Below, in pieces: positions 28,717 through 40,229 of a stretch of 64,000 nucleotides of DNA. The stretch comes from Sedimentisphaerales bacterium (GTDB lineage: Bacteria; Planctomycetota; Phycisphaerae; Sedimentisphaerales; SM23-30), in the NCBI GenBank assembly GCA_963663965.2, contig CAXXFK010000028.1:480001-544000 (forward strand), written 5' to 3'. The position numbers and the translations under genes are program-made. The notes beneath the pieces are model-generated. The model was not told where the DNA came from and did not search any database. It saw only the letters and a program-made list of their open reading frames with translations. Within the stretch, counting starts at the first letter, position 1. Each line of letters opens with the position of its first letter.

Positions 28717-30646
28717 ATGCGCCGATTTTATCTTTCCGGATGCCTCTCACTCACCTTGTCGTATTTAATTGTCTTGCTCGCGTCTTTCTGTCCGGGGGGC
28801 CGATATCGAAACTGGCCTGGCCGGGCTTTGGCGTTTTGATGATCCGGCCAATCTGACCAAGGCCGATCAGGGCCAGCCTCTGGTTTTGACCGGCAGCCAC
28901 CAGGCCGTGTCGGGCATCGATGATGAGGATGGAGCCGCACGCATCGGTATCGGCAGCTACTACCGTTGCGCACACGGCATCTCCCCCAATGGTTCGGGTC
29001 AATATGTCAATGAGTGGTCATTGGTAATCGATTTCCGTTATCCCGCTACCAGCGCCGGCCAGTGGATGTGCTTTTATCAGACCAGTCCATCCAATGGTAA
29101 CGATGGCGATTGTTTTATCCGGTCCGGCAGCGGCACCCTGGGGGTTTCGGCTACCGGTTATAGCGCGTTGAGCACGCAATCCGATACCTGGTATCGCATG
29201 GTCGTTTCGGTCGATAACGGCTCGTTTTACCGGATTTATATCAACGGAATCCAATGGCTGGAGGGATCCGCCCAGGCGGTCGATGGCCGGTTTTCACTGG
29301 ATCCGGAGTTGTTGCTGTTTGCCGATGAAAATGGCGAAGATTATCCCATCGATGTCTCGCTGGTGGCCCTTTACGACCGCTCGTTGACTGCCGACGATGC
29401 GGCGGCTTTGCGGGGGCCGGGCGGCAACGAGGTCGTGCCACCCGACACCATGCTTCTTACCAAACCCTATCTGCAGAATGTGCAACCGGACGGGATAACT
29501 GTTATGTGGGAACTTACCGCTGAGGAGGTCTGCCGGTTTGACTATGGCCTGGATGGAAATTATGGCATGGAGGGGCAAATCGTTTCGCTTCTCTCTGGAG
29601 CCGGTACACTGATTTATAAAACAGCGCTGACGGATTTGAACCCGGCGACGGTTTATCAATATCGCTTGACTGTGGCGGATCAGTCGTATGATGGTTCCTT
29701 TGTTACGGCCCCGCTCGGCCGCGCCGCTTTTACTTTTGGCGTCTGGAGTGACAGTCAGGGCACCAATCACGACCAGTATCCCGTTGACCCTTATGAGCCA
29801 ACCAGGAAAATGATGGCCCATATGGCCGACCGGGTCGATTTTGGCGTAACAGTGGGCGATCTGGCTGAAAATGGCGCCTCGTATGGTGATACCCGCGTCT
29901 ACTATCTGGATCGTGTCGCCGCTTACCTGGGTCAAAAAATCCCCTGGTTTGTCGCCTGGGGCAATCACGACCAGGGTTCCACGGCCGTTATCCGTCAGTT
30001 TCACGACTTGCCCAGCCAACTGCGCGGCGGCGAATTCACTGCCGGTTATGGCAGCTATTCCTTTGAATACGCCGGCTGCCACTTTCTTTGTATCGACGAT
30101 GCCGACAGATCTGATATGGCCTGGGTTGAAAGCGACTTGCGGCGTGCCTGGACCGGCGGAGCGCGTTTTATTTTTGTTTTTGTCCATCGTCCGCCCTTCC
30201 TGGAACGCTGGTACGAGGGTGAGGAGTTCTTCCGGGAAAACCTGGTGCCATTGCTGGAAAAATATGGCGTCGATGTCTGCTTCAGCGGCCACATGCACGG
30301 TTATGAACGGGGGCACCTTAACGGGGTTTATTATTGCGTGACCGGCGGGGGCAGTTGGCTCGATTTGCCTGAACCGCTGGTGCGGGACTGGCCCCACATG
30401 ACTGTTGGCGGCTATAACGATCTCGCCCCCGGTATTGATGGCGGATTGGTTAACGAATATGTTACGGTTACGGTCGACGCACTCGGTTTCGTGGCAACCA
30501 TGATCCCGTTTTATCCCGATGGCTCGGTCATGCCGGGTGTAACCGACACCTTTGGCAAAACCGACCTGCAAGCCGATATCAACCGGGATGGCAAAGTCGA
30601 TCTGGACGATTTGATTATCCTGACCAACAGTTGGTTACGCGAATAA
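28717..30646 (+). CDS. Secreted LamG-like + FN3 + purple-acid-phosphatase-type metallophosphoesterase + dockerin-like protein (apparent +1 frameshift at G6 28794-28799)
   Basis: KPYLQ, SDSQ, GDL, GNHD, H.PP, FSGHMHGYER motifs. The signal peptide starts at ATG 28717 and joins the main frame if one G is removed. Confidence 0.85.
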
Positions 30647-30813
30647 CGAAGCTTTTCTTGTTGCCGCCATTGGCCAGCGAAATCAAAACCAATGTCCTGT
30701 GGTTACCATTGAAAAGGCCCTTATGGTCTTGATATAACCGGCAGGTATCTGGAGTACTTTTTCGAGCGCTCAGTTTTTTTATGTACGAAGAGTATCAACA
30801 GTGCCGCAAAACA

Positions 30814-33303
30814 TTATACCTGGGTCAGGATGGTCCATTTTTTGATGGCGTTGAGGAGGGTTTCGACTTCGAAGGGTTTGCTGACGAAGTCGTCCATGCC
30901 GACGCTGAGGCAGTGTTCGAGGTCGCCTTTGATGGCGTTGGCGGTGAGTGCGATGATGGGGATGCGCGCGGGCGGCAGGCCGGGCCGGGCGTTTTGTTTT
31001 TCCATTTTTCGGATGGCCTGGGTGGCCTGGTAGCCGTCCATGACGGGCATGGCGCAGTCCATTAAGATCAGGTCGTAGGTCTGATTTAAGACGGCGTCGA
31101 GGGCGGCCTGGCCATGGTCGACGATGTGGCATTCGATGCCGTGCTGGCGGAGGATCTCGGCGGCGATTTCCTGGTTGATTTCGTTGTCTTCGGCGATCAA
31201 TACCGTAAGGTGGTACTGGGACAGATCTTCAATATTATCGATTTCGCTGGACGCGCCGGTGGTGATTGACGGGTTGGCCGGCCGGCCGTTCTGATGGTCG
31301 AAGATGGATAGAATCATGTCATAGAGCGAGGATTGCATGATGGGTTTGATGAGGACGTATTCAAAGCCGGCCTGTTTGAGGGTGTCGAACATTTCGTGGC
31401 GGTGATAGGAGATCAAGGTAATCACGGCCATCTGTTGGTATTCAGGCAGTTCTTTGATCTGCCGGATGAGTTTGAGATGGAGGCTGTCGATCGATTCGAT
31501 GTCGATAATGGCCAGGTTGTAGGGGGGGGCGTCCTGCTGCCGGGCGATTTTGAGGCATTCAGTGGCCTGGAGGGCGTTGGCGGCGATATCGGCGGTGCAG
31601 CCCCAATGGTCGATGAGTTGAGCGAAGACGGTGCGATAGGTTTCGCTGGGATCGAGAATCAGGACGCGCAATTGTTTGAACGATTCGGTGATCTGGTATT
31701 TTTCGGCGAGGGCGGGGGATTGGGTTTGTTTTTTGAGACGGGCGGTGAACCAGAAGGTGGAGCCTTTGCCGGTTTCGCTGTCGACGTCGATCTGGCCGCC
31801 CATGAGTTCAACCAGTTGACGGCTGATGGCCAGACCGAGGCCGGTACCGCCGAATCGGCGGGTCATGGAGGAATCGACCTGGCTGAAGAGACGGAAGAGT
31901 TTGTCGCGCCGGTCGGGTGAGATGCCGATGCCGGAATCCTGGACTTCGACGCGAATGATGACGTCGTCGGTCAGGTCCTGGTCCAGGACGATGCGAAGAA
32001 TGATTTCGCCGGATTCGGTAAATTTGATGGCATTGCCCACCAGATTGATCATAATCTGGCGTAACCGGACCGGGTCGCCGATCAACTGGACGGGCATACC
32101 GGGTTCGATAAAGGTGATCAGGTCGAGGTTCTTTTCTTTGACCCTGGGAATGAACATGCCCTGGACATCCCTGATGAGCGAATTCAGCGAGAACTCTTTG
32201 AGTTCCAATTCCATTTTACCGGCTTCGATTTTCGAGAAATCGAGGATGTCATTGATCAGGCCCAGGAGGGTGTTGCCGGAGGAACGGGCTTTATCGAGAT
32301 AATGTCTTTCTTTGTCATCGAGGCCGCAGCGTGAGAGCAGCTCGATCATGCCGAGGACGCCGTTCATGGGGGTGCGGATTTCATGGCTCATGGTGGCGAG
32401 GAATTCGCTCTTGGCGCGGCTGGCTTCTTCAGCGGCGTCTTTAGCGAGGAGCAGTTCGTGAGTGCGTTCTTCCACCTGGGTCTGGAGTGTGGCGTTGAAG
32501 GCATGTAAATCGCGGTCACGCTGAGCGATGGCTTTGCGCATAGTTTCGAATGAACGATACAGATGGCCGATTTCATCCTGGTGACGGTCTTCGATTCCGG
32601 TTGAGTAATCGCCCAGCGAGAGTTTGTTGCTGGCCAGGACCAGGCGCATCAGGCGTGAAATCCAGGGCCGGATGCCGATCGTGATAATGACCATCGAGCA
32701 GAGCAGGGCGATGGACAGCGTGATTGTGGTGATGATGGTCTGGCTGAGCTGCGACTGGCGCAGAGAGTCGATGGAGATCCCGACGATGACCTTGCCGATG
32801 GATTCTCGTTCGGCGGCGGGTGTGGCCGGGTTGTTCGCGGGCGGATCGGCGGGATCGGACTCGGAAAAAAGTGACAAGCCGGTCAGATCGTCTGATTGGG
32901 TTTGTTCCTGGAGCCAGACCTGACTCTGGCCGGTGACGAAGTCGCAACGGGGGCAATTGGGGTGCAAGGATGCTTCCCAGGATCGCCCTTCCTGCTCGGC
33001 GTGTGCCATTAAGCGGTCATGCTGATCGAAAATCGCAACGAAGTAAATGGATGGTTCGTTTAACAGTCCCTGGGCGAGGCGATCCAACTCGATCTGATTC
33101 TGGACGGCCAGCGCCAGTTCGCAGGCATGGGCCAGGTTGGCGGCGAGAATGTTGGCGTTACGGACCTGTTCTTGCTTCATTAAATGCCGGGTATAGAAAA
33201 TGGATATGGCGCTCATGGTGACCAACGACCCGGTGACGACGGTCATGACAATCATGAGAACTTTGGTGCGAAGATTTAAATTGACAATCCAGTTTTTGAT
33301 CAT
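30814..33303 (-). CDS. Hybrid sensor histidine kinase (HAMP-HisKA-HATPase-REC-REC)
   Basis: [57 protein letters not shown]. Confidence 0.95.
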   Translation of the reverse strand: MIKNWIVNLNLRTKVLMIVMTVVTGSLVTMSAISIFYTRHLMKQEQVRNANILAANLAHACELALAVQNQIELDRLAQGLLNEPSIYFVAIFDQHDRLMAHAEQEGRSWEASLHPNCPRCDFVTGQSQVWLQEQTQSDDLTGLSLFSESDPADPPANNPATPAAERESIGKVIVGISIDSLRQSQLSQTIITTITLSIALLCSMVIITIGIRPWISRLMRLVLASNKLSLGDYSTGIEDRHQDEIGHLYRSFETMRKAIAQRDRDLHAFNATLQTQVEERTHELLLAKDAAEEASRAKSEFLATMSHEIRTPMNGVLGMIELLSRCGLDDKERHYLDKARSSGNTLLGLINDILDFSKIEAGKMELELKEFSLNSLIRDVQGMFIPRVKEKNLDLITFIEPGMPVQLIGDPVRLRQIMINLVGNAIKFTESGEIILRIVLDQDLTDDVIIRVEVQDSGIGISPDRRDKLFRLFSQVDSSMTRRFGGTGLGLAISRQLVELMGGQIDVDSETGKGSTFWFTARLKKQTQSPALAEKYQITESFKQLRVLILDPSETYRTVFAQLIDHWGCTADIAANALQATECLKIARQQDAPPYNLAIIDIESIDSLHLKLIRQIKELPEYQQMAVITLISYHRHEMFDTLKQAGFEYVLIKPIMQSSLYDMILSIFDHQNGRPANPSITTGASSEIDNIEDLSQYHLTVLIAEDNEINQEIAAEILRQHGIECHIVDHGQAALDAVLNQTYDLILMDCAMPVMDGYQATQAIRKMEKQNARPGLPPARIPIIALTANAIKGDLEHCLSVGMDDFVSKPFEVETLLNAIKKWTILTQV

Positions 33304-33305
33304 TC

Positions 33306-34241
33306 TTATCTCTTGAGGTCTTCAGGCTGATAGACAATATCCGCTTTTTTGATCATTTCTTTGGGCAGCGTAATGGACAGGCGTTCAGCGACGATCTGGT
33401 TTAAAACGATGTCATATTTGGAGATGGCAACAGGTGTTTTCGGCGCGTCATTTTTGATGATCTGTGTTGCCAGTTGGGCCGTTTGTATTCCGTGTTTGTT
33501 GAGATTGATACTGGTGCCCATCAGGGCGCCGGCTTTGACGAATCCGGAGGAGAAGCCGTAGACGGGGATTTTTTTTCGGATGGAGATCAGGAGCAACTGC
33601 TGGACAGTGGCGTTATTGAAAATAGCGGCTTCGGGGTAGGTCCAGACCAGGTCGATCGGACGTTCGTAGAGGTCCTGGATCGCGTCGGCGATGCCTTGGT
33701 ATTTTTTGTCATCCACGTTGACGGCTTCAATTTTCCAGTTTTTGGGGAGCTGTTTTTTGATATCATTGAGCAATTGCCGGCCGGCGGGAGTGGAATCCTG
33801 ATAAAGCAGGCCGATGGTTTGTGGGCCGGGCAGCGTATCGCCGATCAATTGGAGTTGATCTTCGATCGGAATTTCCATACTGACGCCCCAGACGTTGGGT
33901 GACTGGTCGAGTTTGAGTTCGGCCGGATCGGAGACCATACAAAAGACCAGCGGGCAGGCGTCTGAAGCGGTTTCTTTGAGGGCCAGGGCGGCTTTGGAGC
34001 CGACGGCGATGATGAGATTCTGGTTGGCAGTGAGGTTTTTCTGGTCTTTTTTGAGAGGATCGAGCAACTCGGTCTGGACCCGGTGGCCTGACTTTTTAAG
34101 CTGTTCTTCCAGGAGTTTGGCGGTTTGCTGATAGGGCGCTTCGGGTCCGCTGAGGGCCAGCAGAATATCGGCGGCCTGACAGGGGATCGCGATCAGCAAT
34201 AGCCCAAGAAGTATTCCTATTATTTTAATGGATAGTCGCAT
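33306..34241 (-). CDS. Periplasmic ABC-type substrate-binding protein (ABC_sub_bind-like)
   Basis: Signal peptide from ATG 34241, [30 protein letters not shown]. Confidence 0.78.
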   Translation of the reverse strand: MRLSIKIIGILLGLLLIAIPCQAADILLALSGPEAPYQQTAKLLEEQLKKSGHRVQTELLDPLKKDQKNLTANQNLIIAVGSKAALALKETASDACPLVFCMVSDPAELKLDQSPNVWGVSMEIPIEDQLQLIGDTLPGPQTIGLLYQDSTPAGRQLLNDIKKQLPKNWKIEAVNVDDKKYQGIADAIQDLYERPIDLVWTYPEAAIFNNATVQQLLLISIRKKIPVYGFSSGFVKAGALMGTSINLNKHGIQTAQLATQIIKNDAPKTPVAISKYDIVLNQIVAERLSITLPKEMIKKADIVYQPEDLKR

Positions 34242-34266
34242 TATTCTGTTACAGGTTTTATTCCCG

Positions 34267-36384
34267 TTAAAAGCGCATCTGGACGCGGCCGAAGAACGCG
34301 CGTCCCATGGTTTCGTGTCCGGTGAGCTGGCCATTTTCCAGAACAGGGTCATTGTCGCTATTGAGCAGATTGGAGATGCCGAACATCAATTCGGCACGTT
34401 CCTCCATAAAGGAGCGGGCCACGGTCAGATCGAGCCGATGGCTTTCGCTGGCGTTCTGGGAGAAGATACTATCGCTGGGCGTAAAGGTGGAAAAACGATA
34501 GCTGGAGTTCAGGGTCCAGTTTTGGGGCAGGAATAAGCGGCCGGTGAGCCCGCACTTATGTTTCGCCGGCAGAAAGGCCCGGACAACTTGATCTTCGCCC
34601 CGGTCACGGACCAGATCGTTATAAGCGTACCAAGCGGACAATTTACCCGCTTTTCTGGTCCAGGCCAGTTCGGTTTCCAGACCGTAGGTATCGGCGCCAT
34701 CGATATTATCCAGGATCAGAATTTGGCGTTGGACGGGTAAGCCCATTGTATCGGGCAGGAACCGTATGCCGATCAGGTCGGTCATTCTCTGGTAATACCC
34801 ATCGAGTTTGAAGAGCCAATCGCGGGTCAACTGTGCGGAGTATCCGGCTTCGATAGACCAGGTTTCTTCATTATTCATATCCTGGGCTTTAACCACGTTG
34901 AAGCCGTAGAGTCCTGCGGGGAAAGGAGCGGGCAGCGGCACGCGGCCGACAGTGGCCTCACGAAAAGCGACGGTGGGGGCGCGAAACGCTTTGGCTGTAC
35001 TTAAACGCAGGATGTGATTTTTTTCTTCATCGAGAGAATATAAACCCGTCATCCGGCCGGACCAATCCGCTTCGGTACCGGAATACCAGTCGCCACGCAA
35101 CTGGCCTTCCAAGACGAAGTGGTCGGTGATGGACCAACGGTCAATGACATAGGAACCAATCGATTGTTCGTGAATCCTGGTGTCGTCGAAACCTACTTCG
35201 ATCTCTTCCTGCCTATTGAAGGCTATTTGAGCCAGGCGGATATTACTACCCAGTGTGATCGCATGGTTTTCATGCTGAATGTTCAACTGGCCTTCGAGAT
35301 TATTATCGTAAACACAATAATGGTCGATCCAGTTGGGGATATGACTGCTCATGTCATAACTGGACCAACCGATCTGGCCGGTCACAGAGTCAGAAAAGGT
35401 ATGGGTGAGCCCGAGGGAAAGTGATCCGGTATGATGGCGATGTTCTTCCTGGGGGAAATAGGCCATCAGTTCGTAGTCACCGGTGTTATTGAAGGCGTAG
35501 CCCAGGCCGAAATCGAGTGTCGTGTCTTCGGTGGGGCGGTAGCTGATGCGGCCATCGTACATCCATTGGCGATTAAAATCCTGTGATATAAAATTATCGT
35601 TTTCGACAGTCGCATCGCTCGATTTTTGATCGGTATAGCCAATTGACTGGCGCCAGCTCCATTTGTCTTTCTGGTCGGACCAGCGGATGTGAGAATAGCT
35701 GTTGGTCCAGTGGTCGATGGATTCGGAGAATAGCCAACCCTGCCGGTCGCCGGGTTTGATGGTGATAATATTGATAACGCCGGTATAGGCGTTGGCGCCC
35801 CAGGCCGCGCCGCCGGGCCCACGTACAATTTCGATCCGTTCGATATCATCGATCAGGACCGGCAGGCGATGCCATTCGACGCCGCTTAAAGCGATATTAT
35901 AGACCGGTTTGCCATCCAACAGAACCAGGGTACGGTCCGAGAGGGTGCCGTGCATGCCCCGGACACCCACGCCGTACCGCAGGTTGTCCATCTTAAGGAC
36001 ATCGACCGCAGTATAGAATTGCAGGATTTCTGGAATGGAATTCAGGCCGCTGTAATGGATATCTTCGCGGGTGATGACGGTTACGGGAATGGATGACTGA
36101 CTGATGGGTTGGGCCTGCCGGGAGGCGGAGATCACCACCGGCATTTCCTGGAACAGGAGCAAGTCATTGGAAATCAGGGGATCGATATCCAAAGGCAAAG
36201 GCTGATCTGGAGTATTTTTGCCGTTCTCTGTCTGTCTGGTATTATCGGACAGCATCGGCGGAGTCTTGTTGTCATCCGGCCAGGCCAGTTGGGTTATCAG
36301 TAACAGGATTATGGTCGTGAACAAGCGGATTCTTTTGAAACCAGGACTGAAAAACGCCTTGCCAAGATTTGTCTGATTGCTCAT
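34267..36384 (-). CDS. TonB-dependent outer-membrane receptor
   Basis: Plug VISASR...VTVITREDI, LVLLDG, IERIEIVRGPGGAAWGANA..GVINIIT; C-terminal ...GRVQMRF. Confidence 0.93.
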   Translation of the reverse strand: MSNQTNLGKAFFSPGFKRIRLFTTIILLLITQLAWPDDNKTPPMLSDNTRQTENGKNTPDQPLPLDIDPLISNDLLLFQEMPVVISASRQAQPISQSSIPVTVITREDIHYSGLNSIPEILQFYTAVDVLKMDNLRYGVGVRGMHGTLSDRTLVLLDGKPVYNIALSGVEWHRLPVLIDDIERIEIVRGPGGAAWGANAYTGVINIITIKPGDRQGWLFSESIDHWTNSYSHIRWSDQKDKWSWRQSIGYTDQKSSDATVENDNFISQDFNRQWMYDGRISYRPTEDTTLDFGLGYAFNNTGDYELMAYFPQEEHRHHTGSLSLGLTHTFSDSVTGQIGWSSYDMSSHIPNWIDHYCVYDNNLEGQLNIQHENHAITLGSNIRLAQIAFNRQEEIEVGFDDTRIHEQSIGSYVIDRWSITDHFVLEGQLRGDWYSGTEADWSGRMTGLYSLDEEKNHILRLSTAKAFRAPTVAFREATVGRVPLPAPFPAGLYGFNVVKAQDMNNEETWSIEAGYSAQLTRDWLFKLDGYYQRMTDLIGIRFLPDTMGLPVQRQILILDNIDGADTYGLETELAWTRKAGKLSAWYAYNDLVRDRGEDQVVRAFLPAKHKCGLTGRLFLPQNWTLNSSYRFSTFTPSDSIFSQNASESHRLDLTVARSFMEERAELMFGISNLLNSDNDPVLENGQLTGHETMGRAFFGRVQMRF

Positions 36385-36759
36385 AGGTCGCTCTCTGATA
36401 AATAAATAAGTGGATGCCTTCGTTTCGTGACAGTTTTTTATAACTTAAATGATAACGGTGAATTACATATTTTTATGGGGGTGATAAGACACACCCGGCT
36501 ACTTTCTGTCAGGTAGACCTGAGAGTAAAAGCTTCTTATCGGACTTAGCCGATTACACGATAAAACATGTTGGCAATATCATGATATCTATTAGCTTATC
36601 GACTGGCAGGTGATTGAGATTGATGATAAAAAGCGCGATAATAGTTGTTTATATCCATCGGGCATGGCAAGGTGCGGTCGCCCGCATGAATAGAGACGCA
36701 AAGCATCGCGCCTCAACAAGCGGCCCAGCGAACATCTTTAATCGTCAAGGGCATAAATC

Positions 36760-36990
36760 AGTGCCTCTGACAAAAAGGTTCTCGACTTGTAGCCGACCGC
36801 AAAGACATTACCGACGATATCGAGATTCCTGGAACCCAACATCGGCTACACCCTATTGCCATGGTTGCCAGCGGGGTGTTTGACTCTGGCGGCTTTTCCT
36901 TGAAGGCGGAGTCCCAACTTTGCCGACGACTTTTTCGCCCGGTCTCGTTACAAAAATCATTTTGTCAGGTACTCTTAGTCAGGCACTCTA
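36760..36990. mobile_element. Degenerate MITE-like element
   Basis: AGTGCCT(CT)GACAAAA at the left end versus TTTTGTCAGGTACTCT and a duplicated GTCAGGCACTCT at the right end. Confidence 0.45.
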
Positions 36991-37022
36991 AACAGCCATT
37001 GACATGAGGGGTCAGGATATGG

Positions 37023-38318
37023 TTATAAATTCACTTCAAGGATAGTCAATTCAAATGAGCCCTGATCCAGTTCGTAGCCACCAATGCGGATGTAAATGGT
37101 TTGTCCGGCGTTCATGTACCAGGTGATATTTTCGACCCATTGTTCATCGCAGGCCAGTTCATTGCCATTACAGGCGTCATAAAGGGCCAGCGACGCATCC
37201 AGGCCGTTCTCTTCTGAAGGCGTCACGGTAAAATTAATGTTGGCAGATACCGGACTGGTGAACTTGTACCAGACGGCGTTGGAATCATCGAATTCCATCG
37301 TGACCGCGCAGGAGGAGATGGGACTGGTCCCGGCATTGTCATTGTCACCGGCGACGGTTCCGAAGTTTGAGACCGAAATGGCATTTTGACAGGTTGACCC
37401 ATCAGCCGGCAGAGCAGGCTCCAGCCAGAAAGACAGCATGATGGCAAAATCTTCGAGATTGACCCAGCCATCGCCATTAATATCGGCATCCGCGGCGGAA
37501 TAGGTCGTGGGTCCCCGATAGGTCGGGACCAAGCTGAATTCGTGCCAGGCTTCCGCCTGACCCATCCCGTTTTCACCGCTGATATTGACCTCGGTATGCA
37601 CTCCGACAAAAATCCCGATCACATCACCGATACGCGCCTGGAATTGAATGTCGGCGGCCCCTTCCTGAGTTCCGGGGATAAACTGATTAAGCGGGACGTG
37701 TTCCCAGACGCGAGAAATTTGAGGGGGCACAATTTTATCCGCAGGATTTAAAGCGACAACGATCCCCGAACCCGGATCATCGTAAGCCAGGAATCCGCCG
37801 TCACTGCGGGCTGTGACGGCGTTGCCAATCACAGAGGCATAGCCCTGCCAGGACAATTGGATATTGACCCGATCGCCCATCTGCTCGCCAGAATCGGGAA
37901 CAATCTTAAAAAACAACCCCGTGCTTTCGCCCGGCGAAACCCCAGCGGCTCCGGCATTCGTCATCGTACTCGCATCGCCAGCGCCGGTTTCGGCATAGGC
38001 ATAGCCATACACCGAGACTGACAGGCTGCCCGGTTCTTCCCCCGATTCATCAAAAAACATTTCGGAAAAAGCTTCGCAATAGGCCGTATCTTCCATGCCA
38101 TTGCTGACATCGGCGGACGTGCTGATAAAAACATCCGAGTCATTACTGCCGGCCATCCAATCCACCTGGATTTCGGAATCGTTTGCCGATTGAGAATCCG
38201 CCGCGACGCTTTGTGACTGGGCCCACATGGAACTCGAATCATAAACGATATGAACAGCAGAAACCCAGGCACACTCAACCAGAGTCAGTAACGCGATCAG
38301 TAAAAGTTGAATTTTCAT
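37023..38318 (-). CDS. Secreted acidic protein with internal dockerin-like motif and C-terminal PPC-like domain
   Basis: Signal peptide from ATG 38318 (AAGGAG RBS), ADINGDGWVNLEDF..M..FWL, C..AI...VWYKFT...LACD. Confidence 0.75.
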   Translation of the reverse strand: MKIQLLLIALLTLVECAWVSAVHIVYDSSSMWAQSQSVAADSQSANDSEIQVDWMAGSNDSDVFISTSADVSNGMEDTAYCEAFSEMFFDESGEEPGSLSVSVYGYAYAETGAGDASTMTNAGAAGVSPGESTGLFFKIVPDSGEQMGDRVNIQLSWQGYASVIGNAVTARSDGGFLAYDDPGSGIVVALNPADKIVPPQISRVWEHVPLNQFIPGTQEGAADIQFQARIGDVIGIFVGVHTEVNISGENGMGQAEAWHEFSLVPTYRGPTTYSAADADINGDGWVNLEDFAIMLSFWLEPALPADGSTCQNAISVSNFGTVAGDNDNAGTSPISSCAVTMEFDDSNAVWYKFTSPVSANINFTVTPSEENGLDASLALYDACNGNELACDEQWVENITWYMNAGQTIYIRIGGYELDQGSFELTILEVNL

Positions 38319-38383
38319 ATTATACATCTCCTTTGGTAAGAAACCATAGTTTGGACATTGATGTCCAGCGCCGAAAATATGAT

Positions 38384-39391
38384 TCAATAGACCTCACATA
38401 GCCATTGCATCGCCAATAACAGCATATCCTGAGAATCGACCCGGCTATCCAGATTGAGATCGGCCGGACCGCCGCTCTGCCCCCACTGGGGTGAAAACAG
38501 GTTGAAATCGAGCAGATTCACGCAACCATTATGATTCATATCCGGCGAACCGGTCGTCGAAGAGGCGGGAAACCCCGTTGCCAGATCGCCCCGTCCCGCA
38601 TTGAATTCCGGAAAAATGCCCAGATAGGATGTCGTTCGACTGAAAGCGTCAGCCAGGTCATACCGAAAGATATCATCGTTATCAATCCCGCTGTTATCAT
38701 TGCATTCAAACACATAGAGCCAGTCTGGTGTTTCGGAGGCAAACGCCGCACCTACAAAATATTGGGTATAGGGCGCGCTAACGGTGTCCTGATATTCCTT
38801 AGTCATCTGACCGGAACACAAATTGACATGATAAATATCATTGCTCAAAACCAGATATACCCCATGCCGATCATTAAAGGCGATATCGCCGCCGGCACTG
38901 ACGTCGGTAAAAGGCATATCGTCTAATGCTAATTTCAAGCAGGATACTTCCGTTTTCGTTTCCATGTCAATGGTCACCAGGAACCCTTCGAACAGATCCA
39001 GCGCCCAAAGCCGGTCAAAACGGTCAAAAGCCGCGCCAAAAAAACGGCGTTGAGGGAAAATAACCCCGTCACCGATTGTCTGAGCCGTCGCCGGATTCAG
39101 TCGATACAACACCGATTGGCCGGCGCTGCTGACATCAAAGCACCACAATCCCAGACTGTCCGAACAAGCCAGAGCATCCACCTGCATCTGAGTTTGAGTG
39201 TCGCTTTTCAAGACGGTTCCGATCAAAATCAGTTCAGCGCCGGAATCATTAAATTTATACAGGTAAACCGGGGTATTGAATTGCGTACCTCCGCCGCTAC
39301 GGGATTTAAGGCCGTATATTTCTTTTGCGGACAGAATAGACGCCATAAGACAGAGCGAAATATAAACCAATACTATCTTTTTCATGCTCAT
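38384..39391 (-). CDS. Secreted beta-propeller-like protein with two-repeat dockerin-like C-terminus
   Basis: Signal peptide, GAAFD/GDIAF/GAAFA blade motifs, PDMNHNGCVNLLDF...W and ADLNLDSRVDSQD...WL. Confidence 0.75.
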   Translation of the reverse strand: MSMKKIVLVYISLCLMASILSAKEIYGLKSRSGGGTQFNTPVYLYKFNDSGAELILIGTVLKSDTQTQMQVDALACSDSLGLWCFDVSSAGQSVLYRLNPATAQTIGDGVIFPQRRFFGAAFDRFDRLWALDLFEGFLVTIDMETKTEVSCLKLALDDMPFTDVSAGGDIAFNDRHGVYLVLSNDIYHVNLCSGQMTKEYQDTVSAPYTQYFVGAAFASETPDWLYVFECNDNSGIDNDDIFRYDLADAFSRTTSYLGIFPEFNAGRGDLATGFPASSTTGSPDMNHNGCVNLLDFNLFSPQWGQSGGPADLNLDSRVDSQDMLLLAMQWLCEVY

Positions 39392-39695
39392 ACTCTGTAA
39401 GCCGTTTGGTTAATTACCCATTAACGCTATCTGGAAACAGCCAACTCATAGTAAAACGCTCGTGAACGGTTATTAAATTATATCACCTGACATGAATTAT
39501 TGCAAGTGTGGAAACGATGAGAACAGGGGCCTTTGGGATTGTAAAATAGGGAAGATAGGGACATTGGGACAATTGAGTTTGAGTCAGACAAGATATAGAT
39601 CATACCCCGAACCTGGGTTTGTTCAGAGTGATATTGTATTGAAAGCAAGTTCATTTATTGAGAATTCTGATACTTTTTAATGGCGCGAAACATTA

Positions 39696-39875
39696 AGGGA
39701 CCGTAAATAAATAACATCTTCATTTCTCATCCCAGCTTGCCGCCATCTTCAGCCGCTTCTCCATCGCGAAATCCTCGACATAGCATAACTATACCTGCGG
39801 TTTCGCTCAACCGGCGCGACTGAATCTGGCGACAAGCTGTGCGATAAATGCAGCATTTATTTATGGACGGCTTCT
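39696..39875. mobile_element. MITE-like element, about 180 bp
   Basis: Imperfect TIRs AGGGACCGTAAATAAATAA / TTATTTATGGACGGCTTCT (about 14/19); GC-rich, self-complementary interior in AT-rich DNA. Confidence 0.55.
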
Positions 39876-40229
39876 AATGAAGTTCATCAGCGAAAGTGTA
39901 TCGAAGCGATCAGACTCGACAGGGCCAGTTCAGACAGTCCGACCTTTAGAAGACAGGAAGGGTCCGTCAAAAATGGATGTCAATAGATGCATGAAAAACC
40001 GTATATTTATAGAATTTTTGTGGAAACCGGGCAAGGAATGTATTTTTCTTGATCCTGCAACAGTGAATCCGGTAACATTATCGATGTCGTTATGAGAAAG
40101 TGAGATAAACCGTTTAAAAGGGGAAATGTCAGATTTTATAAGAATAATAAGAGTTGTGCAGTGTGTCAGGCGGGATTAAAGAAATTTGCTGCAAATCAAC
40201 GAAAGATATTTTTTTAAGGAAGTTAACTC

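Noticed and set aside
29294..30571. 425-aa antisense ORF
   Set aside because: Shadow of the GC-rich metallophosphoesterase gene; no recognisable motifs.
36480..36560. Glycine or c-di-GMP riboswitch upstream of the TonB receptor (minus strand CTCTCAGG, GGTCTA...TAGCCGGG)
   Set aside because: Only isolated sub-motifs; the 5' GGAGA or GGCAAAC/GAAA elements and supporting stems are missing. An Infernal/Rfam scan would settle it.
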